Part shown: positions 48,958 to 59,083 of the stretch, one piece after another | Layout of the letters: each line of letters starts with the position of its first letter | How positions within the stretch are numbered: the stretch's first letter is position 1 | NCBI GenBank assembly: GCA_965223545.1 | Contig: OZ245006.1 | Span: 7,744,001 to 7,808,000, forward strand | Length of the DNA: 64,000 nt | Origin: Planctomycetota bacterium | Lineage (GTDB): Bacteria; Planctomycetota; UBA1135; UBA2386 | Direction of reading: 5' to 3' | The notes under the pieces: generated by a model | Told to the model about the DNA's origin: nothing | Database searches by the model: none | Seen by the model: only the letters and a program-made list of their open reading frames with translations | Translations under genes and position numbers: made by a program

Positions 48958-49443
48958 ATGCCAAGAACTAACATCTACGTTCCTGATCCTCTTCGTGCCC
49001 GCATGAGAGAGCACCGCGCGAACTGGTCGAGAGTCTGTGCCGCCGCGATTGCCGCCAAGCTTGAGGAGATCGACCGCGATTCCAAAGCAACTCTTTCGGA
49101 CGACGCGGTCGTCACTCGATTACTTGCGACCAAGTCGGACGACCAGGTTCAAGACGAGACCCTGGGATTCAACGTAGGCGTCCGGTGGGCCAAGACCAGG
49201 GCCCGGTGGCGCGAGCTAGAGAGCCTGGAGCGGGCTCATCCCAAGCGCGCCTCTGATTTGGATGCCACGGAATGGCTCTGGTCCGCGATTGGCCGAGAAG
49301 GTCACCCTACTCCTGACGAAATCCAGGAGTTGTTCGACCGTCCGCCAACAAGGGTCTCCCAGAGCCTTGCCAACGGGTTCGTCACCGGAGCGCTCGCGGT
49401 GTTCAGGGACGTGCAGAAGCAGATCGCCGGCGGGGCTGGATAG
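48958..49443 (+). CDS. Ribbon-helix-helix (CcdA-like N-terminus) protein
   Basis: 'RTNIYVPDPLRARM....NWSRVCAAAI'. Confidence 0.65.
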   Translation: MPRTNIYVPDPLRARMREHRANWSRVCAAAIAAKLEEIDRDSKATLSDDAVVTRLLATKSDDQVQDETLGFNVGVRWAKTRARWRELESLERAHPKRASDLDATEWLWSAIGREGHPTPDEIQELFDRPPTRVSQSLANGFVTGALAVFRDVQKQIAGGAG

Positions 49444-49491
49444 TTGCCGCCGGAGATGGTTGGCGCCCTGAGGCTGCCCTGAGGCTTTGGC

Positions 49492-49884
49492 ATGGCAACA
49501 GATACGCAACCACCACAGAAGCCAACGCAATGCGAGCGTCACCGCGTCTATTGGTGCGGGGATTCGGTGAGGCCGAGCTTTTCCATCTACTACTCAGTGA
49601 CTGCCTACTACATGCGCTTTTTTGTTTTGCGCATCATCGACACGGACGGTTCCGCACCGATCTACCAGACCGTCCCCGACCGAGGCGGCATGCCCCGGGA
49701 CACGAAGGACATCGATGCTGCTGCATGCTCGATGCAGGGAGAGGCCAAGTGGGATCACTGTTGCGAGGTCGATATCGGGAGCCATTACCTAGGCGGGAAA
49801 GAGGACGCCATAGTTCTTGGGAGGATGGTCGAGGCGGTCTACAGCCTGGCCGCCGAAGAGATTCCTCGCTGGGATGTGCGGTGA
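49492..49884 (+). CDS. Hypothetical protein
   Basis: ORF with lower GC; 'GEAKWDHC'. Confidence 0.5.
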   Translation: MATDTQPPQKPTQCERHRVYWCGDSVRPSFSIYYSVTAYYMRFFVLRIIDTDGSAPIYQTVPDRGGMPRDTKDIDAAACSMQGEAKWDHCCEVDIGSHYLGGKEDAIVLGRMVEAVYSLAAEEIPRWDVR

Positions 49885-49966
49885 CCATTCGCCGACGGCG
49901 CTCTCTCTGTCTTCCAGAAGTCGTGTAGACTCCTCCCTGGAGATAGCTGGCGCCCCGAGGCCCAGC

Positions 49967-51940
49967 ATGACACACCGAATCGCGGCGTTCGTCGCCCCGC
50001 TCCTGTTCCTGCTCTCGCTGCCGGCGCAAGACCCGGTGGCGAGCGTCCACGTCGTCAACCTCGCCGGCCAACCGCGGTCGAGCATCGTGACGACGGTTCT
50101 CCCGTGGGCGCAAGGCGAGTACTACGGCCAGTCCCTTTCCGTCGCCGGCACCGCGCTCGACGTTCGCCAGCTCGGCGCATCGTGGCCCGACGGCTCCTGG
50201 CGCTACGCGCGGACGCACGTGCCCGTCCGGGTCGAGGCTCGGAGCCGAGTTCTTGTCCCGGTATCCCGGGACACCGCCGCACCGACCGCCTTCCGCTGGA
50301 CCCAATCCGTTGCCCAAGGCGCCGCCAAGCTCCGCATCATCCTCCGCGTCGGCGCCGCGGCCGCGGCGTTCGGCGCCTGGCAGCCGATCGAGAACGGCAA
50401 CCTCGTCAAAGCATGGCGCTCCCGCATCCGCGTCCCTGGCACCGTGGTCTGGGGCGAGTGCGTGCTCGAGGCCCTCTCCGGACACGACCTCGCCCGTGCC
50501 TGGATCTCGTTCGGCGACTCCGATCCGCGCGACCCGGCGTTGTCTCACGCACTACCCGCGATCGAGCTCGAGGTCGCTGGCGCGCATCCGGTCGTTCGCC
50601 ACGGGCAGACCAAGGTGCTCGCCGCGAGCTTCGCCGGCAACGCCATCCGCATGCGTGTGTGCCGACCCGCGACCTGGGCCGACGGCGAGTCGCAGACGCT
50701 GCACCTCTCTCTACTCTTCCCGACGACCGACTGGCAGACCGCGGAGGCTGAGCGAACCGTGCCGCTGCTCGCGGTCGCTGATGGCTGGGCTGAGTCGGGA
50801 GCGTTCGGTCCGTGGGGCTACGTGCCCGAGTCCTCTCGCGTCGACGAGGCCGAGGCGCGCCGGCGCGCGACCGCCGACTATCGAGCGATCCCGATCGGCG
50901 ACCCCTGGGCCGCGGCGCTGCTCGGCAATGCTCCGTATGCCGGCCAACCAGGCGACCAGACCGACTTCTCCTCGGTGGTGATGACGATGGCCGCCGCGGG
51001 GCAGCCGCATCGGCTCTACGCGATCGACTGGAGCGTGCGGCAGTCCGCGTGCCGGCCGACGCATCTGCGCGACGAGACCGGGGCGCCGGTGCTCATGTCG
51101 CAGGATCCCGACATCCTGCTGTGGGATTGCCGGCCGGACATGCGCATCACGCGCAACCGGCTGGGTAAGGAGCCAGGGCCGTCGAAGGGCCACGGTGCTT
51201 GGCAGGGTCACGCGGTCTCGCACTATTCGATCAACTACCTGGCAACCTACGCACTGCTCACCGGCGACCGCTGGGCGCTGTCCGAGATCGATCACCACTG
51301 CGAGACCTGGCTGGGCATGGTCCGCGTCAACTCCGGCAATACCGTGCTCGATAGCATGGGATCGGCGCGGACTGTGGGACGCACGCTGCAGGTTGGGACG
51401 TGGCTCTACCTGCTCACTGGCCGGCAAGACATCGCCGAACGGCTACGTGCGCGCGTGGCGTTGACCGCGGAGCAGTGGGTGGGCCGCACTTCGTCGCCCG
51501 TGCGCATCCTGGCTGTCGAGCCGAAGAAGGGCTCGATGCTCGACGGGCGCTGGGCGGGTTGGAAGCCGTGGATGGAGGCGATCGGCGTGCGCGGGCTCGA
51601 CGCGGTGGCTCAAGTGCTCGGCGACGAAACCGCGGCGGATCTCTCCCGGCACGTGGCCCGGACGGTCGCGACCTGGGGCATCTGGCAGACCGAGAGCGGC
51701 TGGACGGCGGCCGACGCGCTGCGCTGGATCGAGGGCGGTGCGGCGCTGACCGCGGATCAGATCGCGGACGGTGGGCGGTTCGAGTACCGGCCGTTTCTGC
51801 TGTGGATCGCGCCGGCGCTAGTCATCCTGGAGCGCGAGGCAGTTGCAGCAGGCGACGAGGCGATGGCGGCTCGGTGTCGGTCGGCGCTCGGGGCGATCGC
51901 TAGCGACTGGCGGTCGCGGGAGTGGGTGGCGTTGCGGTAG
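49967..51940 (+). CDS. Secreted protein, beta-sandwich + helical barrel (possibly glycan-active)
   Basis: Signal peptide 'MTHRIAAFVAPLLFLLSLPAQ'; 'WPDGSWRYA'; 'YALLTGDRW'; Trp-rich. Confidence 0.55.
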   Translation: MTHRIAAFVAPLLFLLSLPAQDPVASVHVVNLAGQPRSSIVTTVLPWAQGEYYGQSLSVAGTALDVRQLGASWPDGSWRYARTHVPVRVEARSRVLVPVSRDTAAPTAFRWTQSVAQGAAKLRIILRVGAAAAAFGAWQPIENGNLVKAWRSRIRVPGTVVWGECVLEALSGHDLARAWISFGDSDPRDPALSHALPAIELEVAGAHPVVRHGQTKVLAASFAGNAIRMRVCRPATWADGESQTLHLSLLFPTTDWQTAEAERTVPLLAVADGWAESGAFGPWGYVPESSRVDEAEARRRATADYRAIPIGDPWAAALLGNAPYAGQPGDQTDFSSVVMTMAAAGQPHRLYAIDWSVRQSACRPTHLRDETGAPVLMSQDPDILLWDCRPDMRITRNRLGKEPGPSKGHGAWQGHAVSHYSINYLATYALLTGDRWALSEIDHHCETWLGMVRVNSGNTVLDSMGSARTVGRTLQVGTWLYLLTGRQDIAERLRARVALTAEQWVGRTSSPVRILAVEPKKGSMLDGRWAGWKPWMEAIGVRGLDAVAQVLGDETAADLSRHVARTVATWGIWQTESGWTAADALRWIEGGAALTADQIADGGRFEYRPFLLWIAPALVILEREAVAAGDEAMAARCRSALGAIASDWRSREWVALR

Positions 51941-52156
51941 GACTTGTGCGCGAAGTTGTTCGGCTGCGCGCCGCACCGACTCCTTCGTAATCGCCTCACC
52001 CGTCGGTGCGTTTCCGAACGCGAAGCTGATTCGTTGTTCGCGCAACTCCTCCTCGGAGGCGCCGAGACGTGAAGCCTTGTCCAGCAATCGCTGCAGACCT
52101 CGCGATGGCTTGAGACAAGTGAGAAATCGACCCCAATCGCTAGGCTCGTTGGTCAC
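51818..52156 (-). CDS. Hypothetical protein
   Basis: 'EQRISFAFGNA...ITKESVR'; coupled to upstream minus-strand ORF; 3' end overlaps the convergent gene. Confidence 0.45.
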   Translation of the reverse strand: MTNEPSDWGRFLTCLKPSRGLQRLLDKASRLGASEEELREQRISFAFGNAPTGEAITKESVRRAAEQLRAQVLPQRHPLPRPPVASDRPERRPTPSRHRLVACCNCLALQDD

Positions 52157-52362
52157 CCCGAGTAGCCCTCCCGCGCCGAGCGCAGGGCCCGCCAGTTAGC
52201 CCTGCCGATGACCTCGACGATCTCATCCTCGAAGGCACGCAGGGCATCGATCTCGCGGGCCATGCGCCGCGCCGCGTGTTCCATGGTCTCAACCCGTCCC
52301 TTCCATGCGCCGATCTCGCGCCGGCGCAAGGAAACGTACTGGTCCTCCCAGTTCTTCGCCAT
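52153..52362 (-). CDS. Hypothetical protein
   Basis: Coupled at both ends. Confidence 0.5.
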   Translation of the reverse strand: MAKNWEDQYVSLRRREIGAWKGRVETMEHAARRMAREIDALRAFEDEIVEVIGRANWRALRSAREGYSG

Positions 52363-52784
52363 CAGGCCGGCCCCTCGACCCAGGTGCGCGAAGGCTCGAA
52401 CTCGTCAAACTGAGGCAACCAAGCACCTTCCTCGCGCATCCGCTTCTCCACTGGAGCCTGCGGGCGTCGCCCACGTCGCAGAATGCACCACTGCGTCGAG
52501 CCCCATTTCGGGCAAGCTCGCACTCGCTCGTAGAGATCCCAGAAGGGTGCCTCTCGCTCGTCACCGAAGCCGAGTAGCGGGAGGTCTTCGGCGTCGGCGC
52601 ACCCCCACGCGAACACGTCGCTGCAGTCCACCTCCGGCACGATGCGACCGTCGTTGTTGAGTAGGATCACGTCCTCGGTAAGCAGAAGCAGGGCCAACGC
52701 CTGCGCGTGAAACAGGCGGAAGGTCTCATCCGCGGGCGGCCATTCGCTGTGGGCCGGCCACCAGTTGGTTTCGACGTCGATCAC
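52362..52784 (-). CDS. Phage hypothetical protein
   Basis: 'CSDVFAWGCADAEDL'; GAGGG RBS. Confidence 0.6.
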   Translation of the reverse strand: MIDVETNWWPAHSEWPPADETFRLFHAQALALLLLTEDVILLNNDGRIVPEVDCSDVFAWGCADAEDLPLLGFGDEREAPFWDLYERVRACPKWGSTQWCILRRGRRPQAPVEKRMREEGAWLPQFDEFEPSRTWVEGPA

Positions 52785-52826
52785 GGGACATCCCTCTCTC
52801 TCCAAATCTTGGTGCGAAGCACCGAA

Positions 52827-54398
52827 CTACAGAAGCCCGCACGCAGCCTCTGTTCGTCCTCGCGCCTGTCGGCTCAGCCATTCTCTCCGCTGCCGACAGA
52901 GCAGGTCAAACGCCTCCTCGGGATCTGTCAGCGACGGCGCCACATCCGCCGCCTGCGAGATCAGTGCGGCCGCTTCCGGCTCCGCACCGATGAGTAACGA
53001 CCGGAGCAGCCCCGCCCCATCCACCGCAGCGATCGCGGTCGCCCGCTCAACAATCGGCCCGACCACTCCAAGCTCAGGCTCGGCTGTCGCCATCGCGGCG
53101 AGGTGGGGCCTGGCGATCACGCACGCGAGCAGCTCGACGGACGATTGCGCAAGCGGGTCCGCTCGCTTGGGGGGCTCCGCGTCGCGCTTGTGCTTGGTCG
53201 CGACTCGGATCGGTTGGATGCCAAGCTCGCGCCCCATCCGCTGCCCGAGCAGCTCGCGCTCGGCGGGATCCTCGATGACACCTAGCACACGCCGACAGTC
53301 CGCCAAGACCTCGCGGTCGGGGCGACCCCGCTTAAGGCCCAGCCACACCCGCAGCGCGTCGTCCGCCGAATCCACGATCCCGCGCAACTGTTCGGGCTGA
53401 GTGCGCGCCAGGTCGGCGGGGTCGACGCCCTCAGGCAGTAGTCCTATGCGCAGGTCGAGTCCAACGGGCGCGAGTTCCGCGTATGCCCGTTCCGCCGCGG
53501 CGCGCCCCGCCTTGTCGCCGTCGAGTAGGAGCACGACCCCATCCGACGCCCAGCGTGCAAGCGCTTGCCCGTGATCGGCAGTGATCGAGGTCCCAAGCGC
53601 CGCGACCGCCCCTGTCAGCCCCGCGCCGTGGCAAGCGAGCACGTCGGTGTAGCCTTCAACCACGACGATGCGGCGGGCGCCGGCGCGCTTGGCCTGGTGG
53701 AGGCCGTAGAGCTGTCGCCGCTTCTGGAAGGCTGGCGACTCGGGGGAGTTGATGTACTTGGCGCGAGCCTGGGTCATCGCGCGGCCGCCGAAGCCGACGA
53801 TGCGGCCGCGGGCGTCGGCGATCGGGAACATGAGTCGACCTAGGAACGGTTCGCGGTCGCCGCGTAGGATCCCAGTCGCGTCGAGCGCTGCCAGGTCGAG
53901 ACCCTCGCGTCGCACCCATCCAGCGAGCGCGCCCGGATTGCCAGGATGTAGCCCGACGCCGAACGTGGCCGCAATCTCGCCAAGCCCGCGGTCCTCGAGG
54001 TACGAGCGTGCCCGGGCTCCGGCCGGACTCCGGAGGTGAGCTTGGCAAGCTCTTGCCACGGCTTGGAGCGCTTCCGACGGCTGTGGCGCCCGGGTCGAAG
54101 GTCCGGAGAAGATGCCTTCGGTGTCGATCCCGGCTCGCCGTCCAAGTTCCTCCACAGCCTCGCGGAAGCTCAGCCCCTCGCGCTCCTGCAGCAGCGCGAA
54201 AGCGTCTCCTGATGCCCCGCAGCCATAGCATTTCCAACGCTGCGAGTCCGGGTAGACGGTAAAGGACGACGTCCGCTCCTGGTGTAGAGGGCAGAGACCG
54301 ACGAGCCGATGGCCACTCGGCTTGAGCCGCGTGTACCCCTCGACAAGCGCTGCGAGGTCGGTGGCCTCCTTGATTTGCAGCTTGCGGGACTCGTCCAT
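52827..54398 (-). CDS. dnaG: DnaG-type DNA primase (element-encoded)
   Basis: CHC2 Zn finger 'CPLHQERTSSF...KCYGCG', 'FGGR...KYINSPES', Toprim 'VEGYTDV', 'DGDKAG', 'DPAD'. Confidence 0.92.
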   Translation of the reverse strand: MDESRKLQIKEATDLAALVEGYTRLKPSGHRLVGLCPLHQERTSSFTVYPDSQRWKCYGCGASGDAFALLQEREGLSFREAVEELGRRAGIDTEGIFSGPSTRAPQPSEALQAVARACQAHLRSPAGARARSYLEDRGLGEIAATFGVGLHPGNPGALAGWVRREGLDLAALDATGILRGDREPFLGRLMFPIADARGRIVGFGGRAMTQARAKYINSPESPAFQKRRQLYGLHQAKRAGARRIVVVEGYTDVLACHGAGLTGAVAALGTSITADHGQALARWASDGVVLLLDGDKAGRAAAERAYAELAPVGLDLRIGLLPEGVDPADLARTQPEQLRGIVDSADDALRVWLGLKRGRPDREVLADCRRVLGVIEDPAERELLGQRMGRELGIQPIRVATKHKRDAEPPKRADPLAQSSVELLACVIARPHLAAMATAEPELGVVGPIVERATAIAAVDGAGLLRSLLIGAEPEAAALISQAADVAPSLTDPEEAFDLLCRQRREWLSRQARGRTEAACGLL

Positions 54399-54459
54399 CA
54401 CGTCTCGATCACGGTAGGATTGCGCCGGGAGCTAGCTGGACGCCCACGGAGCCGCGACC

Positions 54460-57400
54460 GTGAAACTGGGCGTCAACGTACTGCAGCTCGAGAGCTGGGC
54501 CAAGGCGAGGCCTTTCCAGAACGAGGCGCTTCAGGCTGCGTGGCCTCGCACCGACGGCTTCGTCGGCCCGGCTACGTACGCTGCCGGCGACTACGCCGCT
54601 GGCACGACGTACATGCTGCTGCTCACCGATGGCGATAGCCTCCCCACGGGCGACTACGTCTGGAAGGTCAGCGGCAACGCTGCGGGCAATGTCAACTCCG
54701 TCACCGTCAACGGCAACGGCGCTTCCACGGGCCCCAACAGCTTCACGGTCAGCGGCTCTCCACCGGTCAACGTGTGGCTCGACTTCACGGTCAGCGCGAC
54801 GACCGCGATGGCCGACGTGCAGTTCGAGGTCTACCCCGCGGGGTTCCGTTCGGGTGGCACCTGGAAACCAGAATTCGCCGACGCGCTGCGACCGTTCCGT
54901 CAGTGCGTCCGGCTCATGGATTGGAATGGCGCTTTCTCGCAGCTCGACGGAAGCGCGCCGTTCCCAATCTCCTACTCCGCCAGTCTACGGCCCAACACAA
55001 CCACATCGACGCACTGGTCGGGGACGACCTTCACCAACACGGGTGTTCGGGCCAAGTTTTGCAACGTGCCGCACGCGGAGCGCATCTGGCTCTGCGTGCC
55101 ACTCTACATCGGGCGCAATCAGACCAAGTTCCTGTCTTGGCTGAACGCGCGACTGAATCAGATCCCGACGTCGACCAAGGTCTACGTCGAGCTGAGCAAC
55201 GAGCTGTGGAATACCAACTTCCCGCAGCACGGTGTTCTAGACGACGCCTCGTTCGCCGAGTTTGGCGCCGGTATCCCAGGGCCTGAGCGCAACGCGATCG
55301 TCGCGAGCCGCTGGGCAAAAGAAATGAAGGACTGGGTCGTGGCAGCCGAGCTGCAAGGCCGCGTCCAAGTCGTCTTCGCCTGGCAGAACGCAGCAAGCGG
55401 ATCGTTTCCGTTCACGTCGCCGCCGTGGCTTGGCGGCAACCCTGTCCACCCCGAAGCGGTCGCCAACATCCAAGCGATAGGCCGCGTTGCGGTCGCTCCG
55501 TACTTCGGCAGCGGCGTCACGAGCCTTGCGAACCTGTCCGCCTCGATCACTCAGCCGATCGCGGATCTCGAGACCTGGCGCGACGATGTCACGGACGCGC
55601 TCGGCATCAAGCTGCTGTGCTACGAGGCGGGGCAGCATGTCGAGAACCAACCCGAGTCTTGGCAGAACTCTCCGGAGATGCTCGCCGCTATCGACGAGTA
55701 CCTCGACGAGCTCGAGACCGCGCTCGCGTCCGACGCTGAAGTCTGCTGGTACGGGCTCGCGAACGGATGGGACGCGCAGCAGGCATGGGGTCTGATCGAG
55801 ACCTTCGAAGAGCGCACAGACAAGTACCGCCTCGTGGCGTCTCGTGCGTCGGGCTACGGCTACGGCTTCCCAAGGCAGGAGCGGACCACGACGCTGGGGT
55901 CACTCGTCAACGGCACGTCGGCGCCGTGGCGGGGATCGCCGAACCAGGGTCACGGCGATGTCTTCGCCTACCACGATCCGGTAGCCGGTCTGGCGACGCT
56001 GTACTTCGGTGCGCGCAACACGATCGCCTACAGCGAGCAGTCGCCCTTCAACCCCGACAACATCCTCCAGCAGTGGAGCGAGACGCCGGCAGACCCCGGA
56101 TCACCATCGTGGCCGATCGCGCAGCTGTACGGGATCGAGGGGACGGCCAGCGAGGACGGTCTCGACACACCGTGCCTCATGTGGCACCCCGTGCTGCAGA
56201 AATGGTTCCTGTACCACCAGGTGATTCCCGGCACGACGCCCAACGGCGAGGCGGGCAGCATCTTCGCGATCCAGGCCGCGAGCTCGACCAACCCGACACA
56301 CTCCTCGCGCGTTTGGGTCCGGCATCCAGGATTTGTCCTGCAGGCCGACCAGGCGTGGGAGGGCGGTTTCCAGGTCTTCGAAGGTGAGCCCCCGAGCCAG
56401 ATCGTGACATGGCGCGGTGGCGTCAGCGAATGCTCGTTCTTTTGGGAGCCGCGACTCGGCCGCACGGTTGCGTTTTACCGCGGTCACAACGAGATCAGTC
56501 CCGGCGGAGCGCACCGGTGGCGGCTCGGGCGTGCGGTTGAGGATGCGGCGCTAGACGGACTGACGTTCACAAAGGACGCGGACTACGTCTTCTCGCCGTA
56601 CGAAGACACGCCGTCGGGTTACTCCGGTGCCGCGACCTCGGGCGCGCATCACTACAGCGTGCACCGCGACCCGACCGACGGGTCGTATCACTGCTTCTAC
56701 CTGCACGCGATCGGCACGTCCAACTGGGGCGTCCACCACATGCGGTCGGATGCCCTTGGCGTCAAGGGATCGTGGGTCGTCAACCCAGCTAATCCACTCA
56801 TCACGATCAGCTCGATCTCCGCTGATCTCGGCGGAGGTGAGGGGCTGCCAACGAAGGTGGGGGCGCCGTGCCTGTTGCCGGACCTGGCTAGCGGCAAGTT
56901 GTTCGTTTTCTTCGATGGCGCACCGGTGCAGCGGTACGTCAACGCCGGCGTGTTCGTCGCCGAGTCGTCGGTCGAGCGCGTCGTGACGGTGGGCGTGATC
57001 GAGGCGGGGACGAGTGTCGGTGCCGCCTCGACCGGCACGTCGGGTGGATCGCAGACCGTGGCCGTGTCTGTGCAAGAGGCTGTTTCGAGCGTGGCAGCGC
57101 CGGCGGTCTCACGCGTCATTCAGGTGCCACCACAGGACGTGGAGTTCCAGGTTTGCGACTGCCCGGTCGTGCAGGAGACCGCGCGGCTCGTGCTCGGGCA
57201 GAACCTGGAGACGGGAGTCGGTGCGGTTGGGATGGCTCGCGTCATCCCGGTCGCCACTGTGGAGCTGACGACCTCGGCGCCGGCAGTTGGCATGGATCGT
57301 GCGATTGCGGTCTCGGGCCAGACCGTGTCGGCAACCGCGCCATCCGTCGGGATCGTGCTCCGCGTAGCAGCGATCGAGGTGTCGACCTCTACCGCTGGGG

Positions 57401-59064
57401 CAAGTGTCGCCAACGCTCTCGTGCCTGCCGTGCTCGAGGCGCTTGCAACCACGGGATCGGTGACGGTCTCGCGCACGGTGCAGGTCCCGGCGCAGACAGC
57501 CTCGGCCTCGACCGGGATGGTCGGCGTCGAGGGCGCTCACCTGGTCGAGCCCCAAGAGGTTGTCACCGAGACCTTGCCAGTGCAGGTCTCGCGCGTCGTC
57601 ACTGTGCCGGCGCTCACTGCTATGGCCAGCGTTGGCCAGGTATCTCTCGACCGATTGCTGACTCTGGCCGCGGTGTCCGTGACCGCGACGACCGCGAGCG
57701 TCGGCATGGGGCGGGTGCTGCGGCCGGCCACGCAGCCGTTGGTCACCTCTACTCCTGCGCTGCAGGGCTCGACCAGGGTTGTTGCGGTCGGAGTCGTCGA
57801 GCTATCGACGTCAACCCCGTCGCTGGGCAGCGCGAGAGTGATGGCGGTCGCTGTGCAGGCAGTCTCCACAGAGACTCCAGCGCCGACTTCTGTCGGCGTC
57901 GTGATCCTGTTCCCGGCCGCGCAGCAGGCGGTCGCGACCATCACTTCGCCGACGGTGCTCGGTGGCAGCGTTGCACGCGTCCGCTTCCCGTCGCCGTTCG
58001 TGGTCTCTGGCCGGATGTTGACCGACGGCGGCAGCTTTGCAACAGACTCGAGCGAGAGCGATCCGCACGTGCGCGTCTCCGATGACGGCACACAGCTCGA
58101 GCTGCTGTTCTGTGCCTACGAGGATGCGCCCCAAGTCAACACCGAGGCCCCGCGTCCGTTGCAGATCGGTTACGCGGAGATGCCGATCGATGGAGATCCG
58201 CTGGCGGACTGGTCGGCGAGCTACGAGGCGGGCGATCCCGAGTCGCTGCAGATGGCGGCGACGCCGACGAGTCGTCACCGCAATGGTGTCACGGGGCCGC
58301 ACGTCGTTCGGCATTCTGCGCTCGGCGGGCTCAAGCTGCTGTTCTTCGCGCAGGATCCTGGCGTGCGCCCCGCGGACTCGGGGGGCAATACGCACACGGG
58401 CCAGGTCTCATCGATCGCGGTGGCGACTTCGCCGCAGCCGAATGGCAGGCTGTGCCGATGGTGCCTTGGAGGCGACGTCGATCGAGCAACCTTGGTGGAG
58501 CCTGGCAACGATTGGGCGCAGGCGTACACGACGGTGCCGGGTCCGGGTGTGCTCGAGTACGCCGGCGGGCACCGGGATCCGACCGCGGTCGAGCGGCCTG
58601 GCACCGACGAGCTGCTGGTCTTCACGGTTGCCGAGAGCGACTCGGGTCTGGTGCTCTCGCGCGCGGTGTCGACCGTGACCTCGGGGCGGATCATTCGGCC
58701 GATCGAGGACCCGGCGCCGGTGCTGTCTGGGATCGGTGGTGGGGCGGACGTGATCCTCGACCCGGATGGGCAGACGCTGCACCTGGTGTGTCAGGCGACC
58801 GATGGCCACCTCGACCACTACATGAGCACGGGGTGGGGTGCGGCAGGGACGTGGACCGCGAACCCAGCCAACCCAATCTTGCGGGTCGATGCTGCGGGGT
58901 TGTCCGGGATCGTCGGCACCGATGTGCTCGGCGGGCCGAGGCTTTTCATCCCCTCTGGCGGCGACGAGTTCTGGATGGTGCTCGACTTCCGGCCCGCAGG
59001 GGGCCGGGGTGGTGTTGGGGCCGGGCTGTACCTGGCGACGTCGGGGAGGCTCCTGGGGCTCTAG
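54460..59064 (+). CDS. Large multidomain protein (glycoside-hydrolase-like barrel, two beta-propellers, V/T/S-rich stalk); possibly virion or adhesion
   Basis: 'RLMDW', 'VYVELSNELWN', 'CYEAGQH'; two 'NPANP' propeller ends; V/S/T repeats. Confidence 0.65.
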   Translation: MKLGVNVLQLESWAKARPFQNEALQAAWPRTDGFVGPATYAAGDYAAGTTYMLLLTDGDSLPTGDYVWKVSGNAAGNVNSVTVNGNGASTGPNSFTVSGSPPVNVWLDFTVSATTAMADVQFEVYPAGFRSGGTWKPEFADALRPFRQCVRLMDWNGAFSQLDGSAPFPISYSASLRPNTTTSTHWSGTTFTNTGVRAKFCNVPHAERIWLCVPLYIGRNQTKFLSWLNARLNQIPTSTKVYVELSNELWNTNFPQHGVLDDASFAEFGAGIPGPERNAIVASRWAKEMKDWVVAAELQGRVQVVFAWQNAASGSFPFTSPPWLGGNPVHPEAVANIQAIGRVAVAPYFGSGVTSLANLSASITQPIADLETWRDDVTDALGIKLLCYEAGQHVENQPESWQNSPEMLAAIDEYLDELETALASDAEVCWYGLANGWDAQQAWGLIETFEERTDKYRLVASRASGYGYGFPRQERTTTLGSLVNGTSAPWRGSPNQGHGDVFAYHDPVAGLATLYFGARNTIAYSEQSPFNPDNILQQWSETPADPGSPSWPIAQLYGIEGTASEDGLDTPCLMWHPVLQKWFLYHQVIPGTTPNGEAGSIFAIQAASSTNPTHSSRVWVRHPGFVLQADQAWEGGFQVFEGEPPSQIVTWRGGVSECSFFWEPRLGRTVAFYRGHNEISPGGAHRWRLGRAVEDAALDGLTFTKDADYVFSPYEDTPSGYSGAATSGAHHYSVHRDPTDGSYHCFYLHAIGTSNWGVHHMRSDALGVKGSWVVNPANPLITISSISADLGGGEGLPTKVGAPCLLPDLASGKLFVFFDGAPVQRYVNAGVFVAESSVERVVTVGVIEAGTSVGAASTGTSGGSQTVAVSVQEAVSSVAAPAVSRVIQVPPQDVEFQVCDCPVVQETARLVLGQNLETGVGAVGMARVIPVATVELTTSAPAVGMDRAIAVSGQTVSATAPSVGIVLRVAAIEVSTSTAGASVANALVPAVLEALATTGSVTVSRTVQVPAQTASASTGMVGVEGAHLVEPQEVVTETLPVQVSRVVTVPALTAMASVGQVSLDRLLTLAAVSVTATTASVGMGRVLRPATQPLVTSTPALQGSTRVVAVGVVELSTSTPSLGSARVMAVAVQAVSTETPAPTSVGVVILFPAAQQAVATITSPTVLGGSVARVRFPSPFVVSGRMLTDGGSFATDSSESDPHVRVSDDGTQLELLFCAYEDAPQVNTEAPRPLQIGYAEMPIDGDPLADWSASYEAGDPESLQMAATPTSRHRNGVTGPHVVRHSALGGLKLLFFAQDPGVRPADSGGNTHTGQVSSIAVATSPQPNGRLCRWCLGGDVDRATLVEPGNDWAQAYTTVPGPGVLEYAGGHRDPTAVERPGTDELLVFTVAESDSGLVLSRAVSTVTSGRIIRPIEDPAPVLSGIGGGADVILDPDGQTLHLVCQATDGHLDHYMSTGWGAAGTWTANPANPILRVDAAGLSGIVGTDVLGGPRLFIPSGGDEFWMVLDFRPAGGRGGVGAGLYLATSGRLLGL

Positions 59065-59083
59065 TGCTCGTCGGCAACGCGCC

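Noticed and set aside
48270..49006. ORFs of 233 and 181 aa over array 2 (and 47260-47694 over array 1)
   Set aside because: Arg/Ala/His/Ser low-complexity translations expected from CGC-NN repeats; no RBS or domain
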